Assembly: GCF_004010195.1 (NCBI RefSeq) | Contig: NC_057718.1 | Location: forward strand, 103,881,954-103,945,953 | Direction: 5' to 3' | DNA length: 64,000 nt | DNA from: Chiloscyllium plagiosum | Lineage: Eukaryota | In this document: in pieces, positions 11,340-24,974 of the stretch | Numbering within the stretch: position 1 is the first letter of the stretch | Layout of the letters: every line of letters starts with the position of its first letter | Made by a program: the position numbers and the translations under genes | Notes under the pieces: model-generated | Seen by the model: only the letters and a program-made list of their open reading frames with translations | Databases searched by the model: none | Told to the model about the DNA's origin: nothing

Positions 11340-13600
11340 GACAACTCAGTACCAGGCAACAATGGTGGATACAGCCCCAGTACAAACCTAAAATTGTTCA
11401 GATTTCCGAGTGAGCAAACAATTATCCATCAGGGAGAGAATTCAAAATACCAGAGAAGAATATTCAAGATTGAAGGAAACTCTCCACAAAGCCACTTAAC
11501 CTTAGCCTAGACCAGTCATATCTCTCAGAAAAATGTACACCACCGGACTGCTTAGCATACCCTCCCAAACTGGGAAATGAAGTTACAAAATCCATCAATC
11601 AAAATCTCCAGAGTGGATGCTCAGTTTCTCAAAGATGTCTCAGAACCATTGCTCTGAAGGGAGCAAGTAAATTAAGTATCACAGATTTCCAAGCCAGCTC
11701 TGGTTTGGGAAGGGAAACTGTTTTGCACTGCGACAGAATTCCAGGATTTCACAGAAAGTCCCAGCAGGATTCAAGCCCCAGGTTCATCACATTTGAGTAA
11801 GTTATCATCAAACATTGACAAAAGACTGGAAATGGATTGACCTGTGTTGGGAATGCAGAGGAGGTGCCTTTGAATTTTGACATACTGTCTAACAATGAGT
11901 AAAGTTGGAGAGAGAAAGGCATTACTAAAAATAACCGGCCACAAGAAGAGGTTAAATGAGAGTTGTGCTGTTGTGCATATCCATCCCAAAACAGACATTT
12001 CCAAATGGATTGGTCATCCACATTCACGATAAAGGTGGCTTTAAGGCATGTCTGAGGGAAGTTTAGAGCTTCCAACCAGGACGATTACATAAAGAATAAA
12101 GTCTTCTGGGACATGTTTGATTGCACCTTGTCAATTGGGTTTCTACTGGTGTCAAATGGTGACATCACAGAGATTCCCATTGGCCAACCAGCCTCATCTA
12201 ACCACTGAATATCTCGAAACAAATCCTCTGAGGATAGCATAGTGTGGGATTGGAACACACAGACAGCCCAAAGATCATGAAGCAGGGATTCTGTATTTTA
12301 CTGACAGCAAGTCATCACAAACAGAAAGAGAAAGTAAGGATAAAGGAGAAACCACTGGCACTTATGTACATGGAGTGATTCTGTGGCCTATGTTGGACTG
12401 AGGATTTCCTGTGCCTGTCTATTCTCCCTTCCCATCTGCTCACAAGAAATAAAAGCAGGAGTAGTCCATTCAGCCCCCGAATAAGTCCTCATCTCGGTCT
12501 CAACTCCACTTTCCTGCCCTGTCTCCATAACCCTTCAAGCTGTTGCGAATTAAAACTCCACCCTTCTTCTCCTTAAATTTATTCAATGTCCCAGAATCCA
12601 TCATAGTCTGGCATAATGAATTCCACAGATTCATTATTCTTTGAGAGAAGCAATTTTTCTGCCTCTCTGCTTTAAATCTTCTACCCCTTATCCTACAACT
12701 GTGACCTCTCATTCGAGACTGTCTCACATGAAGACAGTCTTTGTGTGACTACTTTCTCAATCCCCTTTATGTAACTCAATTATGTAACTCTTGTTATTCT
12801 TCTAAACTAGAGACAGTATTGGGCCTAAACTCTTCGATCTCTCTTCATAAGACATAACCCTTATAGAGTTATGGACCAAAAGTGGCCTCACCAATGTTCT
12901 ATACAACCTTAATATGACGTCCCAACTCCGACACTTAAGGTCTGAGTAGTGAAGGCAAGCATGCCTAATACCTTCTTAAACACCCTGTCTACCTGTAAAG
13001 CAAACTTCAGAGAATTTTGAACCTGGACCCCTAGATCTCTCTATTCTCCAACACTACCCAAGACCCAACCCTCAATTGTATAAATTCTGCCCTCACATTT
13101 GAAATCAATCCAAAGAATCTCCCCTGAACTGGCACTCCCTCAAGACCCTTTCTTTCCAACGACTGTACAACTGATCCAATTGCTGCCCATCTTCACGGTT
13201 ACCTGCTGTTGGCGATCCCATGATAGTAGCAAATAATGATAGGAGAAAGGTGAAATAGCAGAATGATGGAGAGAGAAAACACATCTATCGAAGGGAGGCT
13301 GCATCAGGCTCTCCTTTTACCAATTCTGTGTGAGTGGCTGTGTGAGACCGAGGATGAAATTAGAATAGAGATTGCCATCGAATTATTCAAGAAGTGTGGG
13401 ATATCCAGTCCATTGTAGTTGTGGGGACATGAAGGTGATTTTAGTTGCAGAGTGATCTGGCTGATAACAATGTGATTGTCGATGAAGCTGATGTTGATGA
13501 TCTGTCTGATGATCCATTCATACAGGAGATTGGGATAGGGTAGGGAGGTGGGATGAGTTATTTGGATCTGAAGATGAAGAGAATGATGAAGGTTAATGCA
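11340..13600 (+). pseudogene. Decayed pogo-superfamily (POGK-like) transposase, split by insertions at ~12250-13250
   Basis: Hand translation across frameshifts: PKLGNEVTKSINQNLQSGCSVS; ITDFQASSG; FALRQNSRISQKVPAGF; VGNAEEVPLNFDI (11846); LLKITGHKK; FPNGLVIHIHDKG; WDMF*LHL; DITEIPIG.TSLI*PLNIS; then LCEWLCETEDEIRIEIAIELFKKCGISSPL (FKK at 13386) and an acidic tail. Confidence 0.85.
12440..13095 (-). mobile_element. CR1 LINE fragments inside the pogo fossil
   Basis: ORF 12500..12727 RGHSCRIRGRRFK...FSQRIMNLWNSL. Confidence 0.85.
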
Positions 13601-14129
13601 TATTCTTTATGAATGTTAATGTCCATTCATGTATGTGCTCAACTGTTGAGGCCTATTCCTTTCTGAACTGTGAGAAACAAAATGAATAAAATTTGTACAT
13701 GTTACATTTCTCCTTTTAGTGAGTTTGATAAAATTTGATTAATTTCATGTACAGAGTTTAATGCTTATCTCCATGGAGGTTAATAATTATTTATAAATCA
13801 AAATGTAATGATTTTTGGCTCCAATTCCACTATGTTTGAGGACAGGTATGGTGGGGATGTTTCTGACCAGGTAACTCTATGATAGCGAGGCAGTGAAAAA
13901 CTGTGCATTTCAACCCCTCCAACATATTCAAAGAAAGGAAAGAAGCATTGGAATAATTTAAATGTATTGGAAAACTTAACAGAATAATTGATTACTTAAC
14001 AATTAAACAATATAGTAACATTCCATAAACACACGTTTAGCAAAGGCAAATTCAGAAAAATAGATTGTCTCAGATGCAATTCTCTAGTCCAGAAGGAAAG
14101 AACATCAAAAGAAAACTCTGAAAAAGACA

Positions 14130-14345
14130 TGCCTCTCATGTTCTTATACACCTCTATAAGGTAACCTCTCAGTCTCTGACACTCTGAAGAAAACAGTTCT
14201 AGCTTGTCTAACCTCTCACCATAACTCAGTCCCTTAAATCCTGGCAACATCCTTGCAAATTTCTTCTGCACTCTTTCCAGTTTAATAACATCCTGCTTAT
14301 AGCATGGTGACCAAAACTGAACACAATACTCCAAGTGCAGCCTCA
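14130..14345 (-). mobile_element. CR1 LINE RT C-terminal fragment
   Basis: LEYCVQFWSPCYKQDVIKLERVQKKF. Confidence 0.9.
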
Positions 14346-14584
14346 CCTGTTGTGCCAACTTAAAAAAAAACCAAAGTTAGCTACGTTGCTGGATTCAGGG
14401 CAGACAGTTCAGTTCCAAGTTTATAACAATTGCTTTCAAAAGAAACATGACAGAACAAATCCCTCTTAAAGCATACTTTGTGGCAGCTGGCTGGTTGGTA
14501 TGTGATGCAGTGTGAGACAAATTCCTGTATTACCTGAGGTAACCATGAATGCCTCTCCTTCTCAATCTCTCCCCTCTTGCCTTT

Positions 14585-14920
14585 GGGCAGCACAGTGGCT
14601 CAGTGGGTTAGCACTGATATCACACAGCACCGGGGACCTGGGTTCGATTCCAGCCTCAGGTGACTGTCTATGTGGAGTTTGCACATTCTTCCCATGTCTG
14701 CACAGGTTTCCTCCGGGTGCTCTGTTTCCCTCCCACAGTGCAAAGATGTGCAAATTAGGGTGGTCATAGTATCCAGGGATGTGTAGGCTAGGTGGATTGG
14801 CCATGGGGAAATGCAGCATTAGAGGGATAGGGTAAGGAGGTGAGTTGGATGGGATGCTGTTTGTAGGGGCAGTGTGGACTTGATGGGTCAAATGGTCTGC
14901 TTCCACACTGTAGGGATCTT
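14585..14920 (+). mobile_element. HE1-type V-SINE (tRNA head, V domain, CR1-derived tail), preceded by a SINE-C fragment at 14480-14581
   Basis: A box cagtggctcagtgg, B box gggttcgattcc, V-domain tgtggagtttgcacattct...gtttcctccgggtgctc. Confidence 0.9.
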
Positions 14921-14924
14921 ATCA

Positions 14925-16925
14925 TTCTAGGTGGCTGACCAGGGAAGGCAGGAACAGCATAAAAGGAAAGAACATCGAATATGGTGAAGATCAGTGGGAA
15001 GCCAGGGGACTGGGAAACCTTAAAAAATAAGCAGAGGGGATAACTAAAAAGGCAATAAGTGGGGAGAAGATGAAATGTGAGGAGTAAGCTAACTAGTAAT
15101 ATTAAAGAAGATTGCAAGAATTCGTCAGATATATGAAAGGTAAGAGAGGGGCAAAAATGGACGTTGAATTTCTGGAAAATGAAGCTAGGAATGTAGAAAT
15201 GGGAAACATGGAAACAGCAGAGGAACTGAATAGATATTTTGCATTAGTTTTCACAGCAGAAGATACTGGCAGCAAACCAGAGTCAAGGGATAGAGGTGAG
15301 TGTAACAGCCATCACTAAGGAGAAGGTGCTGGGGAAGTTGAAAGATCTGAAGGTGGATAAATCTCCCAGACCAGATGGACTGCAGCCCAGAGTTCTGAAG
15401 GAGGTAGCTGAGGAGATTGTAGAGACATTGGCAGTGATCTTTCAGGAATCACTGGAGTCAGGCAGGATCCTGGAGGATTGGAAAATGGTGAATAACACAC
15501 CCCTGTTAAGAAGGGAAGGAGGCAAAAGACAGGAAATTATAGGCCAGTTAGCCTGACCTTGGTCGTTAGTAAGATTTTAGAGTCGGTTATTGAGAATGAG
15601 ATTGCAGAGTACTTGGAAGGGCATGATAAAATAAGGTGGGGTCAACACAGCTTTGTCAAGGAGGGGTCATGCCTGACAGATCAGTTTGAATTATTTGAGG
15701 AGGTAATGAGCAAGTTAGATAAAGGAGAGCCAGTGGATGTGATCTGCTTGGAATTCCAGAGGGCCTTTGACAAGGTGCTGCAACAGGAGGCTGCTCAATA
15801 AGGTAAGAGCCATAGAATTAAAAGCAAGGTCCTGGCCTGAATAGAGGCTTGGCTGACTGGCAGAAGGCAGAGATTGGGAATAATGGGGTCTTTTACAGGA
15901 TGGCAGCCAGTGACTAGTGGTGTTCCACAGGGGTCTGTGTTGGGACCACAATTATTCACGTTATACATTAACAATCTGGGTGAAGGAACTGAGAGACATT
16001 GCTGCTACATTTGCAGATGACACTAGGATAGGTGGAGGGATGGGTGGTGTGGGGGAAGCGGGGAGGCTTCAGAAGAACTTGGACAGGTTAGGAGAGTGGG
16101 CAAAGAAGTGGCAGATAGAATACAATGTGGGAAAGTGTGGGGTTATGCACTTTGGTCAGAAGAATTGAGATGTTAACTACTTTCTAAATGGAGAGAAGCT
16201 TTGGAATCTGAAACGCAAAAGGACTTAGGAGTCCGAGTTCAGAATTCTTTTATGGTTAACATTCTAGTTCAGTTGGCAATTGGGAAGTCTAAAGCAATGT
16301 TAGCATTCATTTCAAGAGTGCTAGAATACAAGATTAGTGATGTACTACTGAGACTGCACAAGACTGTGATCAGACTGTGTTTGGAATATTGTGACCAGCC
16401 TTAGACCCCGTACCTAAGGAAGGATGTGCTAGTATTGAAGGGGTTCCAGAGGAGATTTGACAAGGATGATCATGGACATGAACAGCTATTACTTGAGGAG
16501 TGATTAAAGACTCTGGATCTGTCCTTGATGGAGTTTAGAAGGATTAGGTAGGAGCTGATTGAAACTTACAGAACAGTTTTTTGTGGGGTAGAGCGGATGT
16601 GGAGAAAATGTTTCCAAGAGAAGGAGAGCCTAGGACCCAAGGTAACAGCCTCAGAATGAAGGGACGACTCTTTAAAACACACTTGAAGAGGAATTTCTTC
16701 AGCCAGAGGGTGGTGAATCTATGGAACCTATTGTTGTAGAGGGCTGTAGAGGCCAAATCAGTGAGTGCATTTAAGACTGAGATATATAACTTCTTGCTTA
16801 GTAAGGGGATCAAGGGTTATGGAGAGAAGGCAGGAAAATGGGGTTGAGAAACATATCAGCCATGATCGAATAGTGGAGCAGACTTGATGGGCCGACCAGT
16901 CTAATTCTGCTCCATATCTTATGGT
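14925..16925 (+). mobile_element. CR1 LINE ORF2 (RT) to 3' end, ~2 kb, decayed
   Basis: [52 protein letters not shown]. Confidence 0.93.
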
Positions 16926-16989
16926 CATACAAGCCCTGATGAAAAGTTGGTTCTCTTGGTCATTGGATGCTGCCACACATTCCGAATAG

Positions 16990-17670
16990 CATCATAGAGA
17001 TGTACAGTACAGAAATAGACCCTTCAGTCCAGCTCATCCATGTTGACCAGATATCCTAACCTATACTAGTCCCATTTGCCAGCACTTGGCCCGTATCCCT
17101 CTAAACCCTTCCTATTCGTACACCCATCCAGATGCCATTTAAACGTTGCAATTGTACCAGCCTCCACCACTTCCTCTGGCAGCTCATTCCATACATGTAC
17201 TACCCTCTGCGTGAAAAAGTTGCCCCTTAGGTCTCTTTTATATCTTTCCCCTCTCACCCGAAACCTATGTCCTCTAGTTCTGGGTTCCTCCATCCTAGGT
17301 AAGAGACCTTTTCCAATTACACTATCCATGCCCCACATGATTTTATAAACCTCTATAAGGTCACTTCTCAGTCTCTGATGCTCCTGGGAATATAGCTCCA
17401 GCCTGTTCAGTCTCCCTCTGCCTCAAACCCTCCGACCCTGGCAACTTCCTTGTAAATCTTTTCTGAACCCTTTCAAGTTTCACAACATCTTTCCGATAGG
17501 AAGGAGACCAGAACTGCACGTAACATTGCAAAAGTAGCCTAACCAATGACCTGTACAGCCACAACGTGACCTCCCAACTTCTATACTCAATGCACTGATC
17601 AATAAAGGAAATCATACCAAATGCCTTCTTCACTATCCTATCTACCTGTGATTATACTTTCAAGGAGCTA
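16990..17670 (-). mobile_element. CR1 LINE 3' end
   Basis: ORFs 17066..17338 and 17361..17633. Confidence 0.93.
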
Positions 17671-17844
17671 TGAAATAACAGTGATTTGCAGCGTAAAAAT
17701 ATCCTGCCCATGTTGCCTTTTGTTCTTTTGTCAGTCACATTAAAGCTCTTTCCTCTTGTTGTCAACTCTCCTGTAAAATGATACACCTTTAGTGTCAGGG
17801 CTCTGAGTCGAGGAACTTGGAGTTCTAAGCCTGGAAGGGACATA

Positions 17845-18520
17845 GAATTAGAGAATTGTTGCAGGGTAAAGGAGGCCTTCAGCCCACCTGACTCTCTGAG
17901 TGCCAGTCTCCTAACTTTCACTGTTATCCTGCACCTCATTTCTATTTGAATAACCATTCATTTCCACTCAGTCCAACCCATTGTGCTTCTGAAAGCTTCC
18001 ATCAAATCTCCTCTAAGTCTCCTACCTCCAAGAAAAACAGTCCCAAATTCTGCAATTTATCTTCGAAACCAGAGTGTCCCATCCCTGGAACCTCTAAATA
18101 AGCCTCTTTGGTAATCTGTCCAATGCATTCACATCCTTCCTGCAGTGCAGCACCCAGAACCAGGATACTCTACTCCAGCAGAGGTAAAAGTCGTGTGTTA
18201 TACAAGTTCAGTACAATCTTCTTGCTCCTCTACTCCAAATCCTTATTAATGAAGCTCAGCATGCCGCAAAGTTTAATAACCAATCTCCACCACCTTTAAT
18301 GACTGGTGGAAAAGATTTATCCAGGTCTCACTGGTCCTGCACATTTGTTAGAGTTGTACCCTTCGTTTTATACTGTTTCTCAATGTTCTTTTGATCAAAA
18401 TGTACCACCTGACACCTCCCTACATTGAACTTCATCTACCTCTGACTTGCCCACTCCACAACTTGTCCTTTACACATCCCACACCGTCCTCCTCCCCAAC
18501 AATATTCCCAAGTTCTGTAT
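17845..18520 (-). mobile_element. Old, diverged CR1 LINE 3' region
   Basis: Degenerate CR1 motifs (ggaggccttcagccca, tactccagc.gaggt, ttgaacttcatct.cc). Confidence 0.65.
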
Positions 18521-18878
18521 CAATCACATCTTGCATGTTGATTGTATTATGTAAGATATTAAGTGGGATAGAAAGGCTCGTGAGAAATCTCAATTCATAT
18601 GAAAATTTTGGGACTGGGGTAAATGGACAAGTTCAAAATATTGAAAAGCCTATGGGGTCAAAACAAATTTCACCCCAAAAATAATGAAGGCAATGGCATC
18701 TACACCAGGGATAAACTGGGGCAGAAACTCTGGAATTAGGAAGTTATTATTGGGGCAGCACAGGGGTTCTTTTGTGGATATATGAATTAAGATGGTGGAA
18801 CAGTCTTTTGTGTAAGCTTTATTGTAATTGTATTATTCATCCAAACTCCGGGTCTGATGTAATGGATCTAAAGTGACC

Positions 18879-19044
18879 TTCATCAAAACTGGAGGAACTG
18901 CGGATACTGTAAGTCAGAAACAAAAACAGAAGCTGCTGGAAAAGCTCAGCAGATCTGGCAGCATCTGAAACATTAACTCTGATTTCTCTGCACAGATGCT
19001 GCCAGACCTGCTGAGCTTTTCCAGCAACTTCTATATCACTTTCC
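18879..19044. mobile_element. PLE terminal fragment in inverted-repeat arrangement
   Basis: gctgctggaaaagctcagcagatctggcagcatctg is inverted against cagatgctgccagacctgctgagcttttccagcaac. Confidence 0.8.
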
Positions 19045-20849
19045 AAAGTGACCCTCCATTGGTGTTATGAATTCCTATGTTTCCTTTTAGCAACATAACA
19101 GTTATTAATATTTCATTGTGGACACTGGGACACTGATGATATCCCCAGTTAACAAGGGAAATGGGTAATTATACCAGGAGAAAATAAAAATAATTGGAAA
19201 TGCCCAGTCTGTGAGAGAAATCTTGACGAAAGATAAAAATAGCAGAAAGAGAGAGCTGTGTAATTTTCTGCTACAGCCTGTTGTATTGGGAACAAGCTAG
19301 GAATCATTTTTGCAGATGTTCTATTACAGAAAACACGACAACTTTATAGGAGTCTGAAAGGTCAGCAAGCATCCATGAGTTTAAATGTGGTGTTGAGAGC
19401 GCAAATGACCTCAATGCATCGCCAGGCACAAATCCACACTGGAATTTGGGAAACTTGTGAATAGTTGTGAAATTAGCAAGTCTAAGGAAAGAATTCAAAG
19501 GCTGATTGGTGGTTTGTTTATGCTGTGTTTTTATTTGTTTCTTTTGATGTGACACATCGATATAACTAGTGCAGGCATATTCCACAGAGCCAGTGTTCTG
19601 CAATCAGCCTGGCTTTCCACTGCAGTTCACTTTGTAGTTTGTGCAGAAAATGGCTGGGGTTTGGACCAGCACTGAAAGGGCTGTGCACATGAAACTTTCA
19701 GCAAGACCTCAGTCACCAGAGAGGGATTTGCATGATGCTTTTCAAAATTGCTTTGTGACATTAAACCTTTTCTAAAGGGGGGAAAAAACAAAACAAGTCT
19801 GTTGATTTATTTTTTGACTGGAATTTAATACTTGGTGAAGAGTGAATGCACATGGTGGAGATTATAGGCAGTGCCTGTAGTTTCAGGAGGGGTTTAGGCA
19901 GACTGTATTGCGGAGTTCACATGCAGCAAGTGCAGAGTTAATGCAGGAAGGAAGCCAAAAGCAGGCGGTATGTTAGTTTCCATGAAATTGACTTTGGCCT
20001 GGAGAGGCTGGTCCTCAGATAGGAAGACTATACAAGACTTTGTGTGCGTTGTTTTTTTTTTGTTTTTCAAGCCGGACCCTTCCAACGCGACAGCTCTGAA
20101 TGGCAATCCGCAGGAGCTGAGCGGGAATCTCCTGGCAACGGAAAAAATCAAGACCTCACTCCCCTATTGGTACCACTGAATGATCAAAGCGAGTAGGCAT
20201 CTGCGGCCCAGAGTCCAGTGAACAGGCTGCTTGCTCCATTGTTGACTGTGGGCTGTGGAAACGCAGAGATAGTCCCTGGCACGGTAACTGAAGCATTCTA
20301 GCCGAATGAAAGAGGTTCACACGGCACATAGTCTGCTGTGAGGGCAATAAAACCTCTGAGCAGCTGATTAAAATCAGGGACCTGGGGGGGGAGCAATGAT
20401 GAGGCGCCTCAGAATATTGTGTGTGTACACATATCCTCGGTTTATGAGAACCAAGGCCGAGAGTTATATTTTGTTTTCGACTTTTAATTTTGATTTTCCC
20501 CTCGGAAAGGAGGGGGCTATTGGTTATAGGAAATGCAGTGAACAACAAGCTGCATTTATGTAGCATCGTTAGGCAATTCACTAGGATGTGATCAAACACC
20601 ATCATGTGTGGAGATTTGACTTGCCTGTGTTCACACCACTCAGCAGCGATGTGCAGAACTGAACCACCATTTCTTTTGTTATTTTGCATTGAGTTGGAAC
20701 CACTGCTGCAGTGTAAACCCACCTTTCCAGTCTGTGCTAATGCAGGCAAAGTATCTGTTGACCAAGGTAAGCCACACTTCAGTGTGAACCCAAAGCTCTG
20801 TTCTGACCCCTTTCAATAGGTATTTCCTTTAGGCCAGCGTCCCACCTAA

Positions 20850-20955
20850 ATACAGAAACAGAAATTGCTGGAAAAGCTCAGCAGGTCTGGCAGCATCTGC
20901 AGAGAGAAATCAGAGTTAACATTTCAGGTCAAGTGATCCTTCCTCAGAACTGAGG
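20850..20955 (-). mobile_element. PLE terminal fragment with hammerhead-like motif
   Basis: Reverse complement agtt-CTGAGGA-aggatcacttgacct-GAAA-tgtt-aact. Confidence 0.8.
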
Positions 20956-20971
20956 AATATATATATATATA

Positions 20972-21645
20972 GATTCATAGAGATGTACCGCATGGAAACA
21001 GATCCTTCGGTTTAACTTGTCCATGCCAACCAGAGTTCCTAAATTAGAGAAAGTGAGGACTGCAGATGCTGGAGATCAGAGTCGAGAGTGTGGTGCTGGA
21101 AAAGCACAGCAGGTCAGGCAGCATCCAAGGGGGTATGCTTGAAACGTTGACTCTCATGCTCCTTGGATGCTGTCTGACCTTTCCAGCACCACCATTTTTG
21201 ACTCAGATATCCTAAATTAATCTAGTCCCATTTGGCCCATATCCCTCCAAACTCTTCTATTTGTATACCTATACAGCTGCCTTTTAAATGTTGTAATTGT
21301 ACCAGCCTCCACCACGTCCTCTGGCAGCTCATTCCATTCCCCTTTGGTCCCTTTTAAATCTTTCTTCTCTTACCCTAAACCTCTGAAGTCTAGTTTTGGA
21401 CTCCCCTATCCTGGGGAAAAGACCTTGACTGTTCACCCTATTCTTGCCCTTCATGATTTTATAAATCTTTATAAGGTCACCCCTCAGCCTCCGATGCTCC
21501 AGGGAAAACAGCCCCAGCCTATTAAGCTTCTCTCTAAAGCTCAAACTCTCCAACCCTGGCAACAGTCTTGTAAATCTTTTCTGAACCCTTTTAAGTTTCA
21601 CAACATCCTTCCTGTAGCAGGGAGACCAGAACTGAACGCAGTATA
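20972..21645 (-). mobile_element. CR1 LINE 3' end containing an inverted PLE insert (21047-21203)
   Basis: ORF 21329..21601; insert flanked by cagagttcctaaatta / cagatatcctaaatta. Confidence 0.9.
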
Positions 21646-22324
21646 CATAAATATGTTATTTCATCTCTTCCATCTTTTTACTTACATCTTCTTTTACTCA
21701 GTAGGTAATATTTGTTTTCAGATACATTTCACTCATTCCTAAACTTTTCTCTCGACTATCCACAGTTCTCATTCCTTATTTCACTATATCACATGTAATT
21801 TCTTGCTTTATGGTAATGTTCCCCTTTTGTCTCTGAAATAGTTGTTGAGCAGTTTTTTTTTTAAATTGAGCACATGTTGCGAGAGTTTAGGCTGACAGCA
21901 ATAATGCTTCAGGCCTGAGGCCTAAACCTGCCATTTCTTGTCAAACATCATAGCAACCCATCAGCAACAATATGCGTTAGTCTCCCAAAATAAAACTCCA
22001 GGAAATCACAGACATAAAAGGGAGCACAAAGCCGCATTGTAATTACATTGGGGTTTCAAGGTGGTGAAGTGGTCTCTAGATATTTTGTTGGTAGCTGGTT
22101 ATTTAAACAACTTCACAAGGAAGTGTAGCCACTTTGAGTGAGTTGTAGAAATGGTTTAGCTAATGGTTTGGACCATATTATTATAGAATGAGCCACAACA
22201 GCTTTACAAACCCAAGACCTTTTGCTTACGACAGGAGATCAGTCTACCTCTGACAGAGGAGGTTTACCAGAATGCTAACACAAACAGTGAGGTGGGGAGG
22301 CAGGGGGCCAATAACAGGACAGGA

Positions 22325-23165
22325 GGCTGCTGGAGATCTGAAACAAACACAAACAGAAATTGCTGGAGAAACTCGGCAGGTCTGGCAGCATGTGTGGACA
22401 GCGAAACAGAGTTACCGTTTCAAGTCCAGTCGCCCTTCTTCAGAACAGGAGACAGAGAGAACTGAGGGTTCTCTTCCAGCAGCAGAAAAGGTTACTGTGA
22501 AATTTGACAATGTTTAAAATCATGAAGGATTTTGGTAGAGTGAACAAGGAGTAAAAGTTTCCATCAGCAGAATGACTGGTAACCCAAGGCCTCACGAATG
22601 TAACTAGCGAAAGAGCCGGCAGGGGTTTGAAGAGAAAGTCAATGAAGTGAATTGATATGATCCAGAACTCACAGCCTGATTGGCTGTGGAAAGTAGAGTC
22701 AACAGTAAGATTCAAAAGGCAATGGATAAAAACCTTGAATTGGATACGTTTACAGTCATACAGGGAAAGAACAGGTGAGTGGGAATTATCAGATAGCTGT
22801 ACTGAAGAGCCTGTATGGGTGCGGTGGGCTGAAGAGCCTGGTTTTCTGCTGTAAGACACTATGATTCTTTGATTTTAATGCAATCCCTAGGTTTAGTGTA
22901 CTCTGTCACTTGTGATTCATAGTCTATTATCGAGAAGTCTCTGTGCAGCAAAGGGACAGAACTCACCATTTCACCCAGAGGGTGGTGAGGGTCTGGAATG
23001 TCTGGGTGGGGAGTTGAGGCTGGAAATCTCACAACCTTTAAAAAGGACTTGGATGAGCAGGTGAAGTGACGTAGTATTCAAGGCTAGGGACCAAGTGCTG
23101 GAAAGTGGCACAAACGTAGATTTAGGGTAGTTTTGTCGGGACAGGCTGTATGGTTCTATGATCTT
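22325..23165. mobile_element. PLE terminal fragment (22325-22450, minus) followed by two old CR1 3' ends (plus)
   Basis: gctggagaaactcggcaggtctggcagcat; CR1 tail motifs gggctgaagagcctggttttctgctgtaa. Confidence 0.7.
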
Positions 23166-23915
23166 TTTTATTCTCCTATGGGATGTGTATGTCACTGACT
23201 GAGCCAGTGTTTATTGCCCATCCCCAGTTGCCCTTGAGAAGGTGGGGTGAGTTGCCTTCTTACACTGCCACAGTCTGGGTGCTTTAGGTTGACTCACATT
23301 GCCCTTAGGGAGGGAATTCTAGGATTTTGACCTAGTGACGTTGATGGAATGGTAATATAATTCCAAAGTCAGGATGGTGAGTATTTTGAAGGGAACTGCT
23401 GCCCTTGTCCTTCTGGATGCAAGTGGTCATGGGTTTGGAAGGTGCTGCCTACTGAGCCTTGGTGAATTTCAGCATCTTTTTAAAAAATCCCTACAGTGTG
23501 GAAACAGGCCATTTGGCCCATTAAGTCCACACCAACCCTCCAAAGAGTACCCCAGCCAGACCCATTCCCCTACCCTCTTACTCTACATTTACCCCTGACT
23601 AATGCACCTAACCTACACATCTCTGAACACTATGGGCAATTTAGCATGGTCAATTCGCCTAACCCACCCATTTTTGGACCATGGAAAGAAACCGTAGTAC
23701 CCAGAGAAAACCCACACAGACACAGGGAGAACGTGCAAACTCCACACAGACAGTCGCCCGAGGCTTGAATCAAACATGAGTCCCTGGTGCTGTGAGGCAG
23801 CAGTGTTAACCACTGAGCCACCAAGCCATCGAGCCACCCCATCTTGTCGGTGGTACACATTGCTGCTACTGAACATCGGTGGAGGAGGGAGTGGATGCAT
23901 GTGGATCTGGTACCA
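23165..23915 (-). mobile_element. LINE-B 3' end interrupted by an HE1 SINE
   Basis: tttattgcccatccccagttgcccttgagaaggtgg; homologous to 33145-33553. Confidence 0.85.
23480..23840 (-). mobile_element. HE1-type V-SINE, full length
   Basis: gcaaactccacacagacagtcgcccgaggc...gctgtgaggcagcagtgttaaccactgagccacc. Confidence 0.92.
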
Positions 23916-24974
23916 GTCAAAGATCCATAACTATGAGATTCAATTCAGTGCAAAAACCATGAACAAAGCCATTTAATGAAAATGTGAGCAAAATGAAAGT
24001 CGTTAAAAGCTATTAATTTACGTAAGAACTCCTTTCACTTAGATTCCCGAAGGGTAGTATAATTAAGAAATTGGAAGTCTAAATAAAGTAAGAATCCATT
24101 GTGATGCAAATGTCTGAAACGTGAAAACGATGGACCACAACAATTAAAAAAAATCTTCTATTTTCTGCACCTTATGATTAACAAATTGAAGATTATGTAA
24201 AAATTTACCTGTTTTGGGAATGTGAGATTCCTGAATTTACAGCAAACTGAATGATGTAAAACAATCCCAATGTACCAAGCTGTTCCTTTTTAAAATAACA
24301 ATTATATTGCAACACTCCATTCTTAAATTTCTTCCCACAGCAGGAAGATTAGTGGACAGACGTGATCTATGCCCTCCTTCAACAGAAGCATAAACTCCTT
24401 TATTATAACTGCTGGAGGAATACCATACAGGTGTTAAGTGTTTGCACATTAGAATCACAGCACCCTGGTTTATTTGTCCCAGACTTGGGAATATACAGGT
24501 GTTATAAGAGTGAAGCAGCACAGCATGGAATGGAGTGTTATTACATTTTGGAGTTTTGCATGTGAGCCACACATGTGCTTAATAATAATTGGTTGTCACA
24601 GGTATGATTTAGGGTCCTACAGCACAAAGAATTCACTTATTCATGAAACTTTCTCGAAGGTTGTCCCAGCAGCAACTCCTCACTGTGAAGTATTTTAAGT
24701 AGTTAAAGTGAAATTGGATTTTGTTTTGATGTATAATAGGACGTCTGCATTAAATCCATTTGGTAAAGTTAGAAACATTGAGCACTTTTCACAATCCCAG
24801 GAGACTTCAGTTACAAAAATCATAGCGGCTGGTGACGAGTGATAAACCTTCAAATTTGTACTGCCTGTATAATAACTTAATGGAATTATGGTTAAATATC
24901 TGAAACATTACCATTTCCACAAGTGAGCTATCCATTGGAGGGTTAGAAAGGCAAAAAGAAATCTTTGAACACAC

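Noticed and set aside
20156..20749. 197-aa minus-strand ORF
   Set aside because: No recognisable domain or coding-like composition
24330..24440. Plus-strand exon after ttcttcccacag
   Set aside because: Stops in all frames; poor donor
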